From a virus (Duplodnaviria; Caudoviricetes): a stretch of 27,592 nt of DNA. Where the stretch lies: the IMG/VR virus record IMGVR_UViG_3300031450_000014, positions 1 to 27,592 of that record; one strand, given 5' to 3'. Below the pieces are notes generated by a model. It searched no databases. It was given only the letters and a program-made list of their open reading frames with translations, and was not told the DNA's origin. Position numbers and translations under genes: made by a program. Positions 20,509 through 27,592 of this stretch are shown one piece after another (position 1 is the first letter of the stretch; each line of letters opens with the position of its first letter).

Positions 20509-20934
20509 TCAGAGCACCGCCGCTACGTCAACACGCACCGAATCCCGGGCGATCCACCCGTCCGAGTAGGCGTAGACGAGCTCGTCCGACGGGAACACGT
20601 CGACGACCCCAACGACCGTCAGGTAGTTGTCGGCCACCAGAGACTCTTCGATCGCGGTGACGATCTCCCACATCCGCTCTTCCGTCGCCTGCACACCATC
20701 CCGGTCCGCGCGGTGAACCTCAACGACCAGCTCGAGCCCGTACGTCTCCTGCCGGAACGTGCCCTTGGTTCGGCGCGTCAGGTTGACCGTCCTGGCCAGG
20801 TACACCCGCTCGCGGCCTTGGGGTAGCCTCACTGGCAGGCCCCACTCCACCAGCACCCCGTTGAGATCGTCGAGGCCTCGGAGGCGCGCGAGCAAAGCTG
20901 CCTTGGCGGCTGGGACCGTCACCGTGCGCGGCAT
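20509..20934 (-). CDS. Tail terminator-like protein
   Basis: Acidic 141-aa alpha/beta protein with a typical terminator pattern; synteny. Confidence 0.65.
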   Translation of the reverse strand: MPRTVTVPAAKAALLARLRGLDDLNGVLVEWGLPVRLPQGRERVYLARTVNLTRRTKGTFRQETYGLELVVEVHRADRDGVQATEERMWEIVTAIEESLVADNYLTVVGVVDVFPSDELVYAYSDGWIARDSVRVDVAAVL

Positions 20935-20935
20935 C

Positions 20936-21508
20936 TCAGATGCCCGAGTCGCCCTTCGGCTCCGAGTAGAACCGGATGGCCGCGTCGACCTCGGGAAGCC
21001 CGACGATAGAACCGAACACGCCTGGCGTGGCGAGGTTGGTGACGCCGCCGTCCCCGGTCGCGATCTGGGTGGCCCGCTGGGTGATCGGTCCCTCCAGTAG
21101 CCACTCTTTCGCGAGGATCAACGCTGCGCGCTTGATCCGGCGCGGTGGCTGGTCGTAGCCGTGGAGGTAGGTGAGCTCGATGTTGCGGTCCCCCCACGGC
21201 CACCCCGCGTCACGGCGCAGCCTGCGCGACCCGACAACCCGGATCGTCGACAGGTCGGTCACCGCGGCGCCGTCGATCACTGCTGCGGTGATCGCCCGTA
21301 CCCGGTAGCGGCTCGCGTAGATGTGCGGCGAGCCGCGACCGGAGACAGTCTCGCTCGCCGTCCGTGGCACGAACGCGACGTCTGCGGCGTGCTCGATCTC
21401 CTCCTCCGCATCGACACGCGCCGTCTCAAGACGGGAGTCGGGGAACTTGACCGTGTTCGCGAGCTCCGAGTCCTGCGCGCGCAGCTCCGCGACGGTGAAG
21501 TAGGCCAT
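20936..21508 (-). CDS. Head-tail adaptor (gp15/gp6-like with beta insertion)
   Basis: MAYFTVAELR, IELTYLHGY..PP.IKRAAL, GLPEVDA motifs. Confidence 0.85.
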   Translation of the reverse strand: MAYFTVAELRAQDSELANTVKFPDSRLETARVDAEEEIEHAADVAFVPRTASETVSGRGSPHIYASRYRVRAITAAVIDGAAVTDLSTIRVVGSRRLRRDAGWPWGDRNIELTYLHGYDQPPRRIKRAALILAKEWLLEGPITQRATQIATGDGGVTNLATPGVFGSIVGLPEVDAAIRFYSEPKGDSGI

Positions 21509-21526
21509 GTGGGGCGGCCCGGGCGG

Positions 21527-21853
21527 TTAGCGCCCCGGGCCCGTCTGGACGCCGCCCTTGACGCCCTTCTCGTCGCCGATGTCTGCGGCGCGCGGGCGCT
21601 GCGCCTCGACGCGGGCCTTGGGCTCGCCCTCCTTGGCATCGGGGACGGCGACGATCTGGTGGGGCTGGTAGCCGCCGGGGCCGACCCGGTCGCGGTAGTC
21701 GCCGCGCTTGGGGCCGGCACCGAGCGCATCCTCGGGCCCGACGGGCTCGGAGGGGTCGCCGGGGAGCATCGGGACGCCGAGGTCGGTGGCGTCGCTACGA
21801 GTCGTGGTCTCGGTGTCGGTCTTGGTCTGGACGTCGGTCTTGGTTTCGGCCAT
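21527..21853 (-). CDS. Hypothetical capsid-associated protein, 108 aa
   Basis: Follows the capsid gene; AAGGTG SD; GVPMLPG...GPEDALG..RGDY segment. Confidence 0.7.
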   Translation of the reverse strand: MAETKTDVQTKTDTETTTRSDATDLGVPMLPGDPSEPVGPEDALGAGPKRGDYRDRVGPGGYQPHQIVAVPDAKEGEPKARVEAQRPRAADIGDEKGVKGGVQTGPGR

Positions 21854-21893
21854 CAGCCGTTCACCTTCACTTTCAGGGGGTTGGGATGAGCTA

Positions 21894-22829
21894 CTAGGAG
21901 GCGAGGATGCCCTTGAGTCGGCCGGCGGCCTTGCCGCCGAACACGCCGATACCGCAGAAGAACTCGAGGCGGACGCGGTGGACGGGCTTCGAGTCGATCT
22001 CCCCGAGGTCGCGCACCGAGATACCGCCGTTGGTCAGGCCCGACACGGCCTGGTCGGCCTCGCCACGCCCGAACTTCACCGCGTAGATCGACGACGCGAC
22101 GCCCGAGCTGCCCTGCGTCTCGGTCTGGGTGATGATCTGCGTCCCGTCGGCCTTGAGGCCAATGTCGATCATCGGGAGCCCCTGGTAGGACGGCGCCTGC
22201 TTGACGCCGACCGGGGTGGTCGCGATGTTCAGGCGCCGCATCGCCGAGAGGATCTTTCCGCGGACCGCGTTGTTCATGTACAGCGCCTCGGCGCCGGGGA
22301 CGGCGGCGAGAAGCGCGTCGAGCTGGTCGAGGAACGTCTGCCGTGCGGCGTCGTCAGCGCCGAGAACGGGCAGCCCGTTCGTCGCGGCCGAGATGACCTG
22401 CGCGCCGGTGATGCGCTTCGCGAGCCCGTCGAAGCTGTTCGCGTCGACCGCGGTATCGCCGTTGATGAACGCGTCCTGGAACTTGTAGCTCGACGCCTTG
22501 ACCTTGTCGTGGACCTGGATGGCCTTCTGGTCGTTGAGGTTGCCGCGGGTCTTGATGATGAACGTGTCGACGTCGGCGTCGCCGCCGAGGATCACGAGGC
22601 TCTCGGTCTTCTGGTTGACGGTGCCGGTGCTCTCGGCGTACGCCGCGTTGACCGCGCGGAACTCGACGCCCGGGAGCGTCGCCTCCTCGTTGTAGGCGTA
22701 GGCGTTGCCCTCGATCGGGACCAGGGGCAGCCTGTCGAGGACGGGGGATTCCAGCACGAACGTCTCGACGACGCCGCGCTGGAGGGTGTTCTGTGAGAGC
22801 TTCGCGCTCTCGGCGAGGGTCAGTGCCAT
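21894..22829 (-). CDS. Major capsid protein (HK97 fold, no delta domain), 311 aa
   Basis: MALTLAE.AKL, FRAVN..Y, VD.FI, FINGD...FDGL, SSIYAV.FG motifs; AAGGAG SD. Confidence 0.92.
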   Translation of the reverse strand: MALTLAESAKLSQNTLQRGVVETFVLESPVLDRLPLVPIEGNAYAYNEEATLPGVEFRAVNAAYAESTGTVNQKTESLVILGGDADVDTFIIKTRGNLNDQKAIQVHDKVKASSYKFQDAFINGDTAVDANSFDGLAKRITGAQVISAATNGLPVLGADDAARQTFLDQLDALLAAVPGAEALYMNNAVRGKILSAMRRLNIATTPVGVKQAPSYQGLPMIDIGLKADGTQIITQTETQGSSGVASSIYAVKFGRGEADQAVSGLTNGGISVRDLGEIDSKPVHRVRLEFFCGIGVFGGKAAGRLKGILAS

Positions 22830-22854
22830 GAGGGGTGTTCTCCTTCTCGTGTTC

Positions 22855-22873
22855 CCCCAGGCACGGCCTGGGG
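22855..22873 (-). promoter_or_regulatory. Hairpin in the capsid gene leader
   Basis: CCCCAGGC-CGT-GCCTGGGG on the minus strand. Confidence 0.6.
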
Positions 22874-22877
22874 CGTG

Positions 22878-23534
22878 TTAGCTGTCTTGCGGCGGCGGGG
22901 ATGTCTCCCCAAAGGCCTGCATGAGCGTCCCGAGCCCCCCGCCGATCGCCTGCGCCTCGGTGCTCGCTGTCTCGCCGGGCCCGGGCTCGTTGACGGGCTC
23001 GCCGTCCTTGAGGACCTTCTGCAGGCCGGTCCGCTCGGGCTTGTCAGGCTCGATCAGGTATTTTTTCTGCTCGGCGATCTTCTTGAGGTCGCGCTTGATT
23101 GCGGCGCGGTCGTCGAGGACGTCATCGGGGAGCCGGCCGATCACATCGTCGGGGTCGCGGAATTTCAGCTCCCGCGCGATCTCGGTGACCGCCTGCTGCC
23201 GGCGACTGGTCTGCAGCTCGTCGCGGGCCTGCTCGCGCTCGGTCTCGTACTGCTTGGCGAGCTTCTCCCACTCGCCGGCCTGCTCGGCGTCCTTGCGCTT
23301 GCGTTCCTCGAGCTCGCGCTCGGTGTCCTGCGCCCGCTTCTCGGCCGCTTCCTTCTCGCGACGCAGCCTTGCGAACGCGGCATCATCGGGCTTGGGGTCA
23401 GGGGCAGGGTCCGGAGGGTCCGGAGGGTCCGCCGGAGGGGGCGGGTCCGCCGGCGGGTCTTGACCGCCGGCGATACGCGGATAGCAGGCGAGGAACTCCT
23501 CGAACGTCAGGGAGGCGATCGGGGGTCGGTGCAT
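22878..23534 (-). CDS. Capsid scaffolding protein
   Basis: Pro/Asp-rich N-terminus, charged coiled coil, F.DP.D...KKYL motif; directly before the capsid gene. Confidence 0.85.
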   Translation of the reverse strand: MHRPPIASLTFEEFLACYPRIAGGQDPPADPPPPADPPDPPDPAPDPKPDDAAFARLRREKEAAEKRAQDTERELEERKRKDAEQAGEWEKLAKQYETEREQARDELQTSRRQQAVTEIARELKFRDPDDVIGRLPDDVLDDRAAIKRDLKKIAEQKKYLIEPDKPERTGLQKVLKDGEPVNEPGPGETASTEAQAIGGGLGTLMQAFGETSPPPQDS

Positions 23535-23571
23535 GGTGTGGCTCCTGTTCTCCCGCGCGGTTCGGTTGATG

Positions 23572-23589
23572 CCCAGGTGCGACCTGGGG
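23572..23589 (-). promoter_or_regulatory. Hairpin in the scaffold gene leader
   Basis: CCCAGGT-CGC-ACCTGGG on the minus strand. Confidence 0.6.
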
Positions 23590-23615
23590 CCGATGCGGGC
23601 TCGGCGGTTTGGTTG

Positions 23616-24911
23616 CTACTCGCCGCGGGGTAGCGGCGGCGGGTCGCCGCCCGGTGGCGGCGGAAGGACGGTTGGGTCTGTCCCGAGGGGTCTCAGGTTG
23701 TTGATCGGCATGTACGCCTCGTTGGCCGCCGGGTTGGTCAGCCGCGAGCGGTTCTGGATGTCGCGGCCCTCGTTCGGAGTCAGCGTGCCCGACGAGATCT
23801 CCGTCTGGATCTGCTGGGCCACAGCGAGGGGATCACCCTTGAGCTGCTCGCCGAGATCGAACTCGACGAAGTAGCCCTGCCAGTCGGGCTCCGGGTCAAT
23901 CAGCTGCGCCTGGATGGTCTCCTCGATCATCGTCAACGTCGGACGCAGAATCGTCTTGTAGAGCATGCGATGAATCTCAAAGACGTTGGAGTAGGTCCCG
24001 TGCGTCAGGTCGCCGATCAGCGGGCCGGGAACGTCGTAGACCATCCCGACCTCCTCCCGGCTGACCTGCCTCGTCCTGGAGAGCTCAACCTCGACGGCGG
24101 TCTGCGTGACGGGCTTAACGTCGGCCCCCCCACCGAGCACCAGCGTCCGGAACGCCTTGTCCACGCCGCCGTACTTGACGTCGACCTCCTCGCGGATCTC
24201 GTCGCGCAGATCGCCGTCGGCGCGCGCGTCAGGCGGGAGCACCACTGCGAGGCCCGGGCGGGCGGCGTTCGCGAACGATGACTCCTGGTAGCGCTGCGCG
24301 GCATCCTCGCGGCGGACGGTCACCCCGAGCTGCTTGAGCGGCGAAACGCCTATCCCGCCCGGGACGAACCACGCGAAGTGGACGGTCTCCTCGACCGGTA
24401 TCCGTCGCGCGGGCCCGATCTGGGTGGTCTCCCACACTTCGACGGGGCCGCCGGGGCGCGCGTAAGCGGAGATGTAGCGCCAGTCCAGCGGCAGAAGCTC
24501 CGTCGGGGGACCACCCGGCTCGCCGCGGTACTTGGCGAGCAGGCCATTGCCCTGGACGTGCATCGGCCAGGCAATCCACTGCTTGAGGTCCGTCGGGCTA
24601 CGCCGCGGCGCCGGACTGTTCAGCACGGTGTCGGGCCCTTCGCCGCGGACACGCTCACGCTCCCCGTTGGCCTTGCGCCTGTAGGTCTTGAGCGGCAGCG
24701 TCGCGATCTGGTGGACGAGCTTGTTCACCGCGGCGGCGACGATCGGCTGCGTCTCGTAGATCTCCGAGTAAGACAGTGTTCGCGCCGGGTCGACAGTGTC
24801 GACGCTGCCTTCCCCCGACGCCCCCGGCGCGGTCAGCCACCGCACGGGGAGCCCCTCGAGCATCCGGGCTATGCCGGGACCGAAGACCCGCGTCAGAACG
24901 TCAGCAGCCAA
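23616..24911 (-). CDS. Portal protein, HK97 family
   Basis: IATLPL, GN, GVSPL, F.N.ARP, Y.VP...G...TYSN, TPNE.R motifs; TTG start with AAGGAG SD. Confidence 0.93.
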   Translation of the reverse strand: MAADVLTRVFGPGIARMLEGLPVRWLTAPGASGEGSVDTVDPARTLSYSEIYETQPIVAAAVNKLVHQIATLPLKTYRRKANGERERVRGEGPDTVLNSPAPRRSPTDLKQWIAWPMHVQGNGLLAKYRGEPGGPPTELLPLDWRYISAYARPGGPVEVWETTQIGPARRIPVEETVHFAWFVPGGIGVSPLKQLGVTVRREDAAQRYQESSFANAARPGLAVVLPPDARADGDLRDEIREEVDVKYGGVDKAFRTLVLGGGADVKPVTQTAVEVELSRTRQVSREEVGMVYDVPGPLIGDLTHGTYSNVFEIHRMLYKTILRPTLTMIEETIQAQLIDPEPDWQGYFVEFDLGEQLKGDPLAVAQQIQTEISSGTLTPNEGRDIQNRSRLTNPAANEAYMPINNLRPLGTDPTVLPPPPGGDPPPLPRGE

Positions 24912-24923
24912 GGAGGACTCCTT

Positions 24924-26447
24924 TTAGACGGCTTGGATGAATCCGGCGGCGTCGCTGATCCGCGGCGCCGGCGCGATCCGCCGCTGCCGGTTGGCCATCG
25001 CGAGCGCGATCACCGCGTCGACCGGCGGGCCATTACGCGCCTTGACCAACTTCCAAGCGTCCGGGCCCACGTCTTTAGCGACCCCCGCAGCGACATGCGC
25101 CGCAAGCACCACGTCGCCGTCGTGACACAACCTGCCCTTCAGGATGTCCTCGCGCAGATCACCCGACGCCGGGCACATCCGCTCGTTCGACTGGGGGAAC
25201 GGCACGATCGCGACGCCCTCCCCCTCCAACTCCTCGCCGGCCTGATCGAAGTAACGCGGATCGAAGACGACCTCCAAATCGGCGCCCAGCATGTCATGCA
25301 GACCGCGGATCGCCGCCTTGATCTCCGTGTAAGGAACCGGATCGTCCCACGCACCCCGCCGCGTATACACCCGGTGCACGACGGCCGGCTCGTCGCCGCG
25401 GTCCTGCACCGCCACGACCGCCGCCGTGTCGCGATACCGGCCCATGTCGACCGCCGCGAACGTCCGACGCCCCCGCTCAAGACCAACACCGTCCCCCGCG
25501 AGCGCGCCCCAAGCACCGGGCGGCAACCACGACTCGAACCCCAGCGTCCACACGCCCGCCCGGTAACGAGCGAACTCCCACGGCGCGATCCCCGGAGCCT
25601 CAAACGCGTCCTGCAAAGAGTCGAGCGACACGAGCCGCGAAGGATTCGCGCGCTTCACCACCCGCATGTCCGCCAAGTCATCCGCCGGGCCGCCGTCCTT
25701 CCCGTCGCGACACGCCCACTCCACCATCACGTTGCGGCCAGACCGCGACTCAGCGACCGTCAACCGGCCAGCCGCGGAGCGCACCGCCCGCGCGCGACCA
25801 TCCACGCGCAAGCCGCGGCGCACGCTCCCGCCCTGCGCCTCGACAGCCAGGAACTCCGTGCGTAGCTTCCCCAGCGTCGACTCCTGGTCCCACCCGGCCG
25901 TCGAAATGTCCAGCACGAGCGCGCCGCGCTTGAACGCCGCGGAGCGCATCGCGACGTACGCGTTCGCGTTCTCGTGAGCGTGCAGCTCCTCGATGATCGC
26001 GAGCGTCGGATTGTACGAATGCTTCTTCCCGCCCTCCCTCGTCTTATCGCTGGCGAGCACCCGCAAGAAGCCCTGGTCGCGCCGCGACCGGATCCGTCGC
26101 GTAGACGCCCGCACCAGCAGATAGGCGTCCAGCGAATGGTCCGGACACTCAATGAAATGCTGCGCGCAGCGGTACAACTCGTCGGCCTGCTCCACGTCCG
26201 CCGCGACGACGAACGCCTGCGCGTTCGGGGTGACCAGCAGATGAAACACCGCGAGCGCAGCGAGGACCGTAGTCTTGCCATTGCCCTTCGGCAACAACAC
26301 CAACAGCTCGACGAGGCCCGTCCGGAACACGATCCGCAGGACGAATCGCCAGAACGCCTCGAGCTCCATCGGCCCGCCCGACGGCACCGTCAACAGCGAG
26401 CAGAACCAGTCGAAGTCGGTGAAGCACCACGACCTAGAACGCGTCAG
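24924..26447 (-). CDS. terL: Terminase large subunit (start uncertain: CTG 26447, ATG 26501 or GTG 26543)
   Basis: Walker A PKGNGKT, Walker B IIEELH, ISTAG, nuclease VDMG...D, FDP, DAVIALAMA. Confidence 0.93.
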   Translation of the reverse strand: MTRSRSWCFTDFDWFCSLLTVPSGGPMELEAFWRFVLRIVFRTGLVELLVLLPKGNGKTTVLAALAVFHLLVTPNAQAFVVAADVEQADELYRCAQHFIECPDHSLDAYLLVRASTRRIRSRRDQGFLRVLASDKTREGGKKHSYNPTLAIIEELHAHENANAYVAMRSAAFKRGALVLDISTAGWDQESTLGKLRTEFLAVEAQGGSVRRGLRVDGRARAVRSAAGRLTVAESRSGRNVMVEWACRDGKDGGPADDLADMRVVKRANPSRLVSLDSLQDAFEAPGIAPWEFARYRAGVWTLGFESWLPPGAWGALAGDGVGLERGRRTFAAVDMGRYRDTAAVVAVQDRGDEPAVVHRVYTRRGAWDDPVPYTEIKAAIRGLHDMLGADLEVVFDPRYFDQAGEELEGEGVAIVPFPQSNERMCPASGDLREDILKGRLCHDGDVVLAAHVAAGVAKDVGPDAWKLVKARNGPPVDAVIALAMANRQRRIAPAPRISDAAGFIQAV

Positions 26448-26838
26448 CGAACGCGCCGCCCCGGACGGGCTCCGGCTGACCGGCGGCTTTCTGCCGGGCA
26501 TCGGGGGAGAGAAGGAGCGCCTTGGCGTACTCGTGCGCGTCACGCTCAGCCTCCCGGGCCGTCTTCACATTCGGATGCTGAACCAGCTGGCCCTGCGACC
26601 CGACCGTCGTAAGCACCATCCGCTCAAGATCCTCGTCCCACAGCTCGCCGCGAGCGACCCGCGCGCGCTCCAAAGCACGGACGTAACGCTCCAGCAACGC
26701 CGCGTCCGAATCCCGCCACACGCCCGCCTCCTGCAACTGCTTGCGAGTCAAGCGCCACAACCGCTTCGACAAGTCGTCGAGATCCTTGACAGGACCCGTC
26801 GGATCGCGGCGAGGTACCGACGGCTCAGGTGACGGCAC
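26434..26838 (-). CDS. terS: Terminase small subunit, P27 family
   Basis: D..LLERY...G.QGQLVQHP...LLLSP.AR motif. Confidence 0.9.
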   Translation of the reverse strand: MPSPEPSVPRRDPTGPVKDLDDLSKRLWRLTRKQLQEAGVWRDSDAALLERYVRALERARVARGELWDEDLERMVLTTVGSQGQLVQHPNVKTAREAERDAHEYAKALLLSPDARQKAAGQPEPVRGGAFADAF

Positions 26839-26855
26839 GGAATCAGCCCGGCCGC

Positions 26856-26871
26856 CGCGCGCGCGCGCGCG
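26856..26871. repeat. (CG)8 alternating palindromic tract
   Basis: CGCGCGCGCGCGCGCG, 17 bp upstream of the terS start. Confidence 0.9.
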
Positions 26872-26884
26872 TTACCGGACCACC

Positions 26885-26990
26885 GTCGAAAAACCGGCCG
26901 CTGGGCAGCACTTTTTCGCGCGGGCTTGGCAGGGTGTCCGGGGAAATCGTCGAGCTGGTGATCGCGAGGCCCCCCCTCATCTCGACCCGT
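26885..26990 (-). other. Putative cos/packaging-signal region
   Basis: Minus strand G7 run ... ACCCTGCCAAG ... CGCGCGAAAAA ... TTTTTCG just upstream of a P27 terS, resembling the layout seen in cos phages; exact nick site unknown. Confidence 0.45.
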
Positions 26991-27056
26991 CCCGCATGGC
27001 CTGGGCGGCCGACATCCATTGGGCTGCGCTGCGCGACTAACCCGCGTATCGGCCAG

Positions 27057-27233
27057 CTAAGGCCCGCGCGTGTTCGTTCTCCCACGGTTGCACGGCTGCG
27101 CCAGGGGGCCGTGGCGCCGGTTCCGTTCAATAGCGAGTAGAACGCCGATCTGGAAAGCCACACCTTCCAGGGACTCACGAGAGCGACGAAGGCCCGTTGC
27201 CTTCCGCGGGAGCATCGGACCCTGGGGAGGCAT
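27057..27233 (-). CDS. Possible leaderless 58-aa ORF (MPPQGPMLPRK...)
   Basis: TAGCGT -10 at 27245-27240 lies 6 nt before ATG 27233. Confidence 0.3.
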   Translation of the reverse strand: MPPQGPMLPRKATGLRRSRESLEGVAFQIGVLLAIERNRRHGPLAQPCNRGRTNTRGP

Positions 27234-27287
27234 GGCGCCACGCTACAGGTTTCTAGACGGCGCGGGAAACAGCCTATGCTGCGTCGC

Positions 27288-27545
27288 GTGCCTGACCGCT
27301 CACGCAAGCGCCCACGCGATCTGAACCGGCTCGCCAAGAGCTTGGTCGACGACTCCACCAGCGAAGCGCCGCGCGAAGAGCCGGCCGAGCCGGCGAAGGA
27401 CCCCGCCGCCGTTGAGCTGGGCCGGCGTGGCGGACTCAAGGGCGGGAAGGCAAGGGCCGAGAAGATGTGCTTGCGCCGCCCGCTGTCGTCGCGCGGCGTG
27501 ACGCTCTTCAACTCTTCGAGAACCCCTGGGGCCAAGCGCTTGTAG
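27288..27545 (+). pseudogene. Small basic RPRD.N.LA...GGLKGGKARA family protein, truncated after about 27467
   Basis: PDRSRKRPRDLNRLAKSLVD...KDPAAVELGRRGGLKGGKARAEKM; the usual T.E.R.EIA..AA..RW ending is replaced by antisense P63C sequence; TATGCT -10 lies 7 nt before GTG 27288. Confidence 0.7.
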
Positions 27546-27592
27546 ACAATGTCGTTGGTTAGGTGGCCGAAGTACTGCGGACGCTTGACGGT
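27467..27592 (-). pseudogene. P63C-domain protein fragment, entering from the right edge and truncated
   Basis: TVKRPQYFGHLTNDIVYKRLAPGVLEELKSVTPRDDSGRRKH, after which similarity stops abruptly. Confidence 0.75.

Noticed and set aside
13855-26832. Many long plus-strand ORFs (e.g. 21708..22796, 24378..25865)
   Set aside because: Antisense shadows typical of high-GC coding DNA, lying over clearly identified structural genes.
26990-27240. tRNA or structured ncRNA upstream of the terminase
   Set aside because: No cloverleaf or T-loop motif; only a weak CTGGAA/TTCCAG hairpin at 27150-27170.
26843-27535. 230-aa minus ORF as a genuine gene
   Set aside because: Only its first 23 or so codons are P63C-like; the rest is read-through across the junction, antisense to another gene and through the packaging region.

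Overview
High-GC temperate siphophage or prophage segment. The host is probably an actinobacterium (Thermoleophilia-like is an inference from protein style). Read right to left on the minus strand it carries: a putative cos/packaging region, P27-type small terminase, large terminase, HK97-type portal, scaffold, major capsid, neck proteins, major tail, tail chaperone G/GT, a 1454-aa tape measure, Dit, a small beta-sandwich plus propeller/LamG fibre pair, Tal-like and minor tail genes, two membrane-anchored collagen-like genes, and a lysis cassette (M15-like peptidase, 30-aa peptide, GH19 lysin, holin, DUF6527-like protein, 36-aa peptide). These are followed by a plus-strand lysogeny unit (XRE repressor, secreted collagen-like protein) and a minus-strand Cro plus early operon that runs off the left end. 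No integrase, HNH, prohead protease, tRNA or CRISPR array is visible. The most striking unexplained structure is a 502-bp antisense cassette (own promoter, operator palindrome, unknown gene, HTH gene) flanked by a perfect 14-bp direct repeat, inserted at the stop codon of a collagen gene inside the late operon with no recombinase. Family calls come from motif recognition only; no database searches were run.
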